DNA of 63,962 bases, the filler included, from an uncultured bacterium (lineage in GTDB: Bacteria > CAZSTA01), in assembly GCA_964609495.1 (NCBI GenBank). It is 6 parts of 6 records of this genome, joined end to end, with 100 filler letters (N's around TTAATTAATTAA, not from the genome) between each part and the next. Parts side by side here need not be neighbours in the genome. Positions count along the whole stretch, not along the records: positions 55,910 to 63,962 come from CAZSTA010000171.1; 5 more parts are not named here. One strand, 5' to 3'. The position numbers and the translations under genes were made by a program. Every line of letters begins with the position of its first letter. Within the stretch, counting starts at the first letter, position 1. This document shows positions 58,634-63,962 of the stretch, piece after piece. The notes under the pieces were generated by a model. It saw only the letters and a list, made by a program, of their open reading frames with translations, did no database searches and had not been told where the DNA came from.

Positions 58634-59698
58634 TTACCGATCCTTTCTAGGCAATCTCTCCTCAACCGGCAACATAGACGGGAACTTCTTATGAGGCTCA
58701 GTTTGATACCAGTAGGCGGTGCTTGAATAGTCATTGGAGAGGCAATTAGCATGCCCATGCTCGATCGTTACTTTGATCGACTTATCGAAGTAAATCGGAT
58801 CTTCGATATGGAAACGATAGACGGAGTTTTTGCCCTTCCAGGGCCACTCTTCAGTGCCGCTATAGACAGTCAATCCGTGATAAGGGGCATTGAACTCCTC
58901 TCTGGGGGAATAAGCGGTGTTGAAATAATCCTCAGTGCCAGTTCCATAGATGGTCAGAGAGTCATCTCCATCTATGAAGATCATATCGTCTCCCTCTCCA
59001 TACCAATCGTTCTTCTGCCTCTCAAAGCAGTCGATATTGAGATTGCACCCGACATAATGACCCTTACCCTCAGCCTCTAGGATAACATAGTTATCCCTTC
59101 CATCAAGATTAGGAGTTGCCCATATCTTCTCTCTAGCCTCATTATCGGTCAGAGGGATGTTTTCCCCCCAACCCTGGGTTGGATTCTGTCTGTGCCACTG
59201 GGCATGAAATCTTCCTAGATCTTCTTCCAGTTTATCGTATTCCTCATAATCGATGTAGAAATAGACAGCTCCCTTGTTATCACACTCGCTAATTATCTCG
59301 ATCCTAGCGCCATCGGAGAAGGGCATCGGGAAGAAGCAATTAAATCCTCTCCCAGAGGAGGGACTCATAGTAAGTGGTAAAGAGGTGAAGTTCTTAATTA
59401 TCCCATGCCCGACCCCAAAGAAATCTCCGAGGGGAACTTCTACACTGGGATTCTCCTCCCCATCCCAAAACATCCTGAGCAATAGTTTACGGGTAAAAGC
59501 TTCCTCTCGAAAGCCAAGAGTCATCCAGATATGTTTGATGCACCCTGCTCCCTTGATCTCAGCGATCACCCTCTTATCTCCTGGCTTGAAATCCCACCAA
59601 TCCCTATTTCCTCCAGTCTTATCATAGCTGGAGATTCTTCTCCTCTTACAATTTCTTAATTTCGGTAGATCACCCAAAGAGCTTCCTACTAATTTCAT
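58634..59698 (-). CDS. DUF2961 / GH172 family glycoside hydrolase
   Basis: SSYDKTGGNRD, PSVEVPLGDFF, WYGEGDD, GTGTEDYF, YRFH..DP, EHGHAN. Confidence 0.9.
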   Translation of the reverse strand: MKLVGSSLGDLPKLRNCKRRRISSYDKTGGNRDWWDFKPGDKRVIAEIKGAGCIKHIWMTLGFREEAFTRKLLLRMFWDGEENPSVEVPLGDFFGVGHGIIKNFTSLPLTMSPSSGRGFNCFFPMPFSDGARIEIISECDNKGAVYFYIDYEEYDKLEEDLGRFHAQWHRQNPTQGWGENIPLTDNEAREKIWATPNLDGRDNYVILEAEGKGHYVGCNLNIDCFERQKNDWYGEGDDMIFIDGDDSLTIYGTGTEDYFNTAYSPREEFNAPYHGLTVYSGTEEWPWKGKNSVYRFHIEDPIYFDKSIKVTIEHGHANCLSNDYSSTAYWYQTEPHKKFPSMLPVEERLPRKDR

Positions 59699-60003
59699 TT
59701 TTCATCTTTGACCTGGCTCTTGAAATAATACCAGATCTACTACCTCCTTTCTAATTCCTCCCCGAACTTTTTTAGTCCTCGATTTCCTAACTTTAAACGA
59801 TCCGGTTATTAACATAATGATGAAACAGATCGCAACTATATCATAGCATAGTCAATTCTAATTATCAAGACCTTTTTAGAAAATTATGCTATATAAAATC
59901 AAGTGAATGATAGCGATCCCAGAATATTTAAATTAATTGCCTAGACAAAGCATAGCTATTTATGATATAATATTCTTAATTCTCTATAACTGGAGGGATT
60001 TAT

Positions 60004-61626
60004 ATGACAGAGCTGGATATAATAGCAGATATTACCGCAAGAGCAGGCATTTTGATAGATTGTCTTAGAAATTGTCTGGATAGAGAGCAAGAAGTGGCGC
60101 GCCCCTTCTTCTACTATCATGTTTCTACTCCTAAACCAGTAGCGTATCATTCCTTTTGGGATATCTCAGATATGGTATTTCGAGGGGCTGATGCTCTGCT
60201 GAAACTCGCCCGCATTACTAAAAAGGAGGAAGCTGAAGAGGCGGCTAGTTGGCTTCTTCCCCTAGTTGAGGGATGTCTTGATCGAGGGAACGGATTGAAC
60301 TTCCGAATGGCTGACAAGCATTATAGTAAGGATTATGTGATGACCCATGATCTCGGACGCGGTCTTCTTGGAACTACCGCTTTTCTGCGTTATGGAGGAG
60401 TAAGCAGGATGAGAGATAGACTATCTCGCTTCCTCGATCGTGTGGAGGAATTGTATAAAGAGGGAAGAGGAGCCTCATCATATTTAATCGATGCCAACGG
60501 GTTTACCCCCTATGAAGGGGAGGTATGTCAGCCTGTTACATCAGGGCGTCTGGTATGGCCGTTAGTTGAATATTTCAAAGCGACCGGAGATGAACGGGCA
60601 TTACCGCTCTTAGATAATTTAATCAAGGTCAACCTTGATACCTCTTTCAATGAAGATGGAACGATTAAGCCAACTGCTGGAAAGCATTTTCACTCTGTAT
60701 CTGGCTTGATCACTGGAATCGCGATGTTTGCCAGCATAATATCAGATAGAGCGTTGTTGGAGAGAGCAAGACTTATCTTCGATCGAGGTCTCGTTCCTGA
60801 AGGCTCCAGTTGGGGATGGTTCACGGAGAGGGTCGGTGGTGATCTTCATGAGGGAGAAGGTTGCTGTACCGCTGATATGATTCAAGGAGCGATAACTTTT
60901 GGGAAAGCTGGATTCCCCGAATATTTCGAGAAAGCTGAATGCTGGCTCAGGAATGGTTTGTTTGGAGGGCAGGTAGTTGATACCTCTTGGTTTGGAAAGA
61001 CTCCATCAAAAATTATGCCCTCCAATCACATGATGCCTGTCGATATGATCAGCGCTCCCTATGAATTGTCCGTAGAGGAAGCCAAGGAGAAAGTTCGAGG
61101 GATAATTTATGGATTTGGTGGTCCAGCGGAATTCATCTCTGAGTATAGAGCATGTGAATTTCAGATGTGTTGTTCTGCTCAAGGGGCTGATGCCATCTAT
61201 GATGCTTGGGAGGCTGTGATCACGAGGGATGCTCTTGGAGATAAGGTCAATCTCCTCTTGACTAGAGAGGATGATAGATTATCTATTGAGAGTGAAATTC
61301 CCTTCGCTGGAAAGATATCCCTTATGGCAAAGATGGATGGGGTCTTACCTCTTGTTCGCCTACCCAATTGGGTCGATAAGAAGGCTATGTCGGTAAAGAT
61401 TGGAGAGAAGAAGGTGAACTATTTCCAGGCAGGTGCTTATCTCGGAACGCGTCGATTAACGAGTGGCGAGAGGTTCACGATCGAATTTCCTCTCCCGCGG
61501 CGTGAAGGAAAGGAGGTTATACAAGGACGTACTTACAATGTTAAGTGGGTTGGTAATACGGTAATAGAGGTTACTCCAGAGAAAGGAGAGTTATTCGCTC
61601 CCTATTTTGGAGGACGTAAGCTATAG
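60004..61626 (+). CDS. GH127/GH146-like (alpha/alpha)6 protein
   Basis: HFHS, EGCCTAD, MCCSAQG, VRLPNW; divergent. Confidence 0.6.
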   Translation: MTELDIIADITARAGILIDCLRNCLDREQEVARPFFYYHVSTPKPVAYHSFWDISDMVFRGADALLKLARITKKEEAEEAASWLLPLVEGCLDRGNGLNFRMADKHYSKDYVMTHDLGRGLLGTTAFLRYGGVSRMRDRLSRFLDRVEELYKEGRGASSYLIDANGFTPYEGEVCQPVTSGRLVWPLVEYFKATGDERALPLLDNLIKVNLDTSFNEDGTIKPTAGKHFHSVSGLITGIAMFASIISDRALLERARLIFDRGLVPEGSSWGWFTERVGGDLHEGEGCCTADMIQGAITFGKAGFPEYFEKAECWLRNGLFGGQVVDTSWFGKTPSKIMPSNHMMPVDMISAPYELSVEEAKEKVRGIIYGFGGPAEFISEYRACEFQMCCSAQGADAIYDAWEAVITRDALGDKVNLLLTREDDRLSIESEIPFAGKISLMAKMDGVLPLVRLPNWVDKKAMSVKIGEKKVNYFQAGAYLGTRRLTSGERFTIEFPLPRREGKEVIQGRTYNVKWVGNTVIEVTPEKGELFAPYFGGRKL

Positions 61627-61649
61627 TCGATAATCTTAGGAGGAAGAAG

Positions 61650-62624
61650 ATGAAGGGAATATCAAGCAAATTTGTGCATAAGCAGAATGACATCGTTCCC
61701 AGATGCCACGCTTCCAGCATCGTTGAATTAGAAAATGGTGATTTTCTATGCGGCTTTTATGGAGGAAGTGGCGAGAGCAATGTTGATGAAGCAAATTTCT
61801 TCTCAAGACTCAAGAAGGGGACTGATCGCTGGATGCCGATAAGGGCATTTGCTAAGTTCCCTGGCCATGCTATGGGGAATATCCGCTTCTTCCACTATGG
61901 CAAAAGCGTTTGTGTTATCTATGCCGCGAACTTCGGTAAGTGGTGTCGCGGAGGAAGCAGGCTATATTTTGCGACGAGTGAGGACTATGGTTATACCTGG
62001 TCTGAGCCGAAGCATATCGAGGTAGATATCCCGGTTCTTGGCAAGAATAAGGGTATCGTCCTCAAAAATGGTTCGATACTCCTTCCCTTGACCTACGAGC
62101 CGACTGAACTCTACGTTATTCCTCCAACGGGGGTGTTAATATCCGAAGATGGGGGGGCAACATGGCAACGTTATGGTGATATAAGAGCTGAAGATAATTG
62201 CTGGGTTTTGCAAGGAACATGCGTTGAGAATGAAGATGATTCAATACTGATGTTGCTTCGCTCCACCGGTGGTCGGATCTATAGCGTGGTTGGAACTGAT
62301 GGGGGGAAGAATTGGCCGGAGGTCGCAACCCGAACGGAGTTGCCGAACAATCACAGTGGAATTGATATGACTCGTCTGAAGGATGGCAATCTTGTCCTCG
62401 CCTTCAATAATCAGGAGAATGAGGAGCTTAGGACTCCTTTAAATTCCGCTTTGTCAACTGATAATGGCGAAACATGGCCCTATATGATAACCCTTGAGGA
62501 TGGCGAGGGTGAATACTCCTATCCCGCGATCATTCAGGATTCGGAGGGATTGATCCATGTTACATACACCTATCTTAGAACTCACATAAAGCATATCACC
62601 TTCTCAGAGGATATCTTCTCATAG
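61650..62624 (+). CDS. BNR/Asp-box sialidase-like hydrolase
   Basis: SEDYGYTW, SEDGGATW, TDGGKNW, STDNGETW, YSYP. Confidence 0.85.
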   Translation: MKGISSKFVHKQNDIVPRCHASSIVELENGDFLCGFYGGSGESNVDEANFFSRLKKGTDRWMPIRAFAKFPGHAMGNIRFFHYGKSVCVIYAANFGKWCRGGSRLYFATSEDYGYTWSEPKHIEVDIPVLGKNKGIVLKNGSILLPLTYEPTELYVIPPTGVLISEDGGATWQRYGDIRAEDNCWVLQGTCVENEDDSILMLLRSTGGRIYSVVGTDGGKNWPEVATRTELPNNHSGIDMTRLKDGNLVLAFNNQENEELRTPLNSALSTDNGETWPYMITLEDGEGEYSYPAIIQDSEGLIHVTYTYLRTHIKHITFSEDIFS

Positions 62625-62706
62625 TGATCTAAGATTACGGAGCTGTATTATCTGGCAGTATAGTTTGATCGAAGTTTTCATCAAAAAATTGTGAAAGGAG
62701 AATTAT

Positions 62707-63962
62707 ATGGAACTTACCGAAATTGAAAAAGCCTTAATTTCCGCTATGGAGGAATTTGAGATCATCGATGCCCATGAGCATTTGGGTCCTGAGAAGCGTC
62801 GAGTTGAAGCGGAGGTGGATGTATTCACCCTCTTTTCTCACTACACTCGTGGCGATCTTATGGTAGCAAGGATGAGTGAAGCTGATTATCAGTCTCTCTT
62901 CAATCGGAGCATACCCTTGGAGCGTCGTTGGGCACTCTTTGCCCCCTATTGGGAACAGATTAGATGGGGATCCTATGCCCGAGCCGCTCTTTTGGCGGCG
63001 CAGAAGTTCTACGATTTCGATGATATCAATGAGGAAACATACCAGCCTCTCTCTAAGGCCATGCAGGAGGCTAACAAGTCTGGGATCTATGAGCGGGTGC
63101 TACGGGATGCGTGTAAAATTCGCACTGCTCTTACCCAATGCGGTTCCACGGAGCTTGGCACTCCCCTTCTCACCCCGGTAATGCCGATGGTCTATGAGAT
63201 GGAGACCTGGGAGGAATTATCGCATCCGAAAATGTGGAGCCCATTATCACGCCCGGTCTTTGACTCTGGGACAAAGATTCGTTCATTGGATGATTATCTT
63301 GATGCTGTCCGAAGCTATGTTCTCCGCGTCAAGGACGAGGGCGCTGTTGGGTTGAAAATGATCTCGAATCCTTATAAGGCGCCTAGTCGTGAGGAAGCAC
63401 TTAGCGCTTTCGAGCGCCTGCGTAAGGGCACCGAGTCACGTCTATCAACCTATCAGTCTCATCCTCCGATTCCCTTGCCAAATCCTCTGAGGGATTATGT
63501 GGTTGATGAGACGATCTCATTTGCTACTAAGCAGGATCTTGTCATTGCGGTGCATACTGGTTACTGGGGTGATTTTAGAGTGCTGGATCCCCTTCATATG
63601 ATCCCGATCCTCCAGCGACATCCAAAGACAAGGTTTGACATCTACCATCTTGGCTATCCCTGGGTAAGGGAGAGCCTTATGCTCGGTAAAGGTTTTCCCA
63701 ATGTGTGGCTTAACCTGTGCTGGACACATATAATCTCTCAGCTTTTCGCTACGTCTGCATTAGACGAGGCTATTGACCTAATACCTATGAATAAGCTCTT
63801 AGCTTTTGGGGGAGATTATGGTACTCCAGTGGAAAAAGTTTATGGGCATCTGGTAATGGCTCGGGAGGATGTAGCTCGAGTTCTGGCAAGGAGAATCAGG
63901 GAAGGACAGATGACTGAGACCCAAGCGCTTGGACTGGCTCGAAAATGGTTCTGGGAAAATCC
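62707..63962 (+). CDS. Amidohydrolase superfamily protein (Amidohydro_2/uronate-isomerase-like), 3' partial; not in the ORF track
   Basis: AAAGGAG SD; IIDAHEH, AVHTG, FDIYHLGYP, FGGDY; open to the window end. Confidence 0.88.
   Translation, partial: MELTEIEKALISAMEEFEIIDAHEHLGPEKRRVEAEVDVFTLFSHYTRGDLMVARMSEADYQSLFNRSIPLERRWALFAPYWEQIRWGSYARAALLAAQKFYDFDDINEETYQPLSKAMQEANKSGIYERVLRDACKIRTALTQCGSTELGTPLLTPVMPMVYEMETWEELSHPKMWSPLSRPVFDSGTKIRSLDDYLDAVRSYVLRVKDEGAVGLKMISNPYKAPSREEALSAFERLRKGTESRLSTYQSHPPIPLPNPLRDYVVDETISFATKQDLVIAVHTGYWGDFRVLDPLHMIPILQRHPKTRFDIYHLGYPWVRESLMLGKGFPNVWLNLCWTHIISQLFATSALDEAIDLIPMNKLLAFGGDYGTPVEKVYGHLVMAREDVARVLARRIREGQMTETQALGLARKWFWEN

Noticed and set aside
62876-63729. 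Track ORFs 62876-63181 (+) and 63517-63729 (-)
   Set aside because: They lie inside the amidohydrolase gene starting at 62707, which the track missed because it has no stop in the window

Overview
This window is not one continuous locus. It is six ~11-kb contigs of a draft or metagenome assembly (1-11254, 11355-22538, 22639-33717, 33818-44836, 44937-55809, 55910-63962+), joined by artificial 100-bp N44-TTAATTAATTAA-N44 linkers and ordered by decreasing length, so adjacency across linkers means nothing. The organism appears to be an anaerobic bacterium with an outer membrane (TolC, Wza-like exporter, YidC with periplasmic domain) plus Terrabacteria/Firmicutes-type features (T-box, jag, darA, YtfJ-like protein). 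Contig 1: rpmH-rnpA-yidD-yidC-jag-mnmE, a degenerate short MnmG paralog, a lipoprotein, a HEAT-repeat Ser/Thr kinase, TolC and a repeat-expanded periplasmic adaptor. Contig 2: a surface-polysaccharide operon interrupted by an orphan DNA methyltransferase. Contig 3: T-box-ilvBNC, and coaE-deoB-[FHA-FHA-PAS-HK-REC-REC-GGDEF]-punA. Contig 4: an uncharacterised cluster of an ATP-grasp ligase, an opine dehydrogenase, a single-chain glutamate-mutase-like B12 enzyme and a GlmL reactivase (best candidate for an undescribed pathway), then full-length mnmG and small secreted proteins. Contig 5: murJ, a decayed vapBC pair, an SDR, tRNA-Ala(GGC) followed by a riboswitch-like leader and darA, a repressor/replication-protein/HTH module, and pdxA2. 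Contig 6: an exporter with at least 10 SLBB repeats, and a GH172/GH127-like/BNR/amidohydrolase sugar locus. Several families of small palindromic mobile repeats are present, including an IS200/IS605-end-like hairpin that carries a promoter. All family assignments come from motif recognition by eye; no database search was run.
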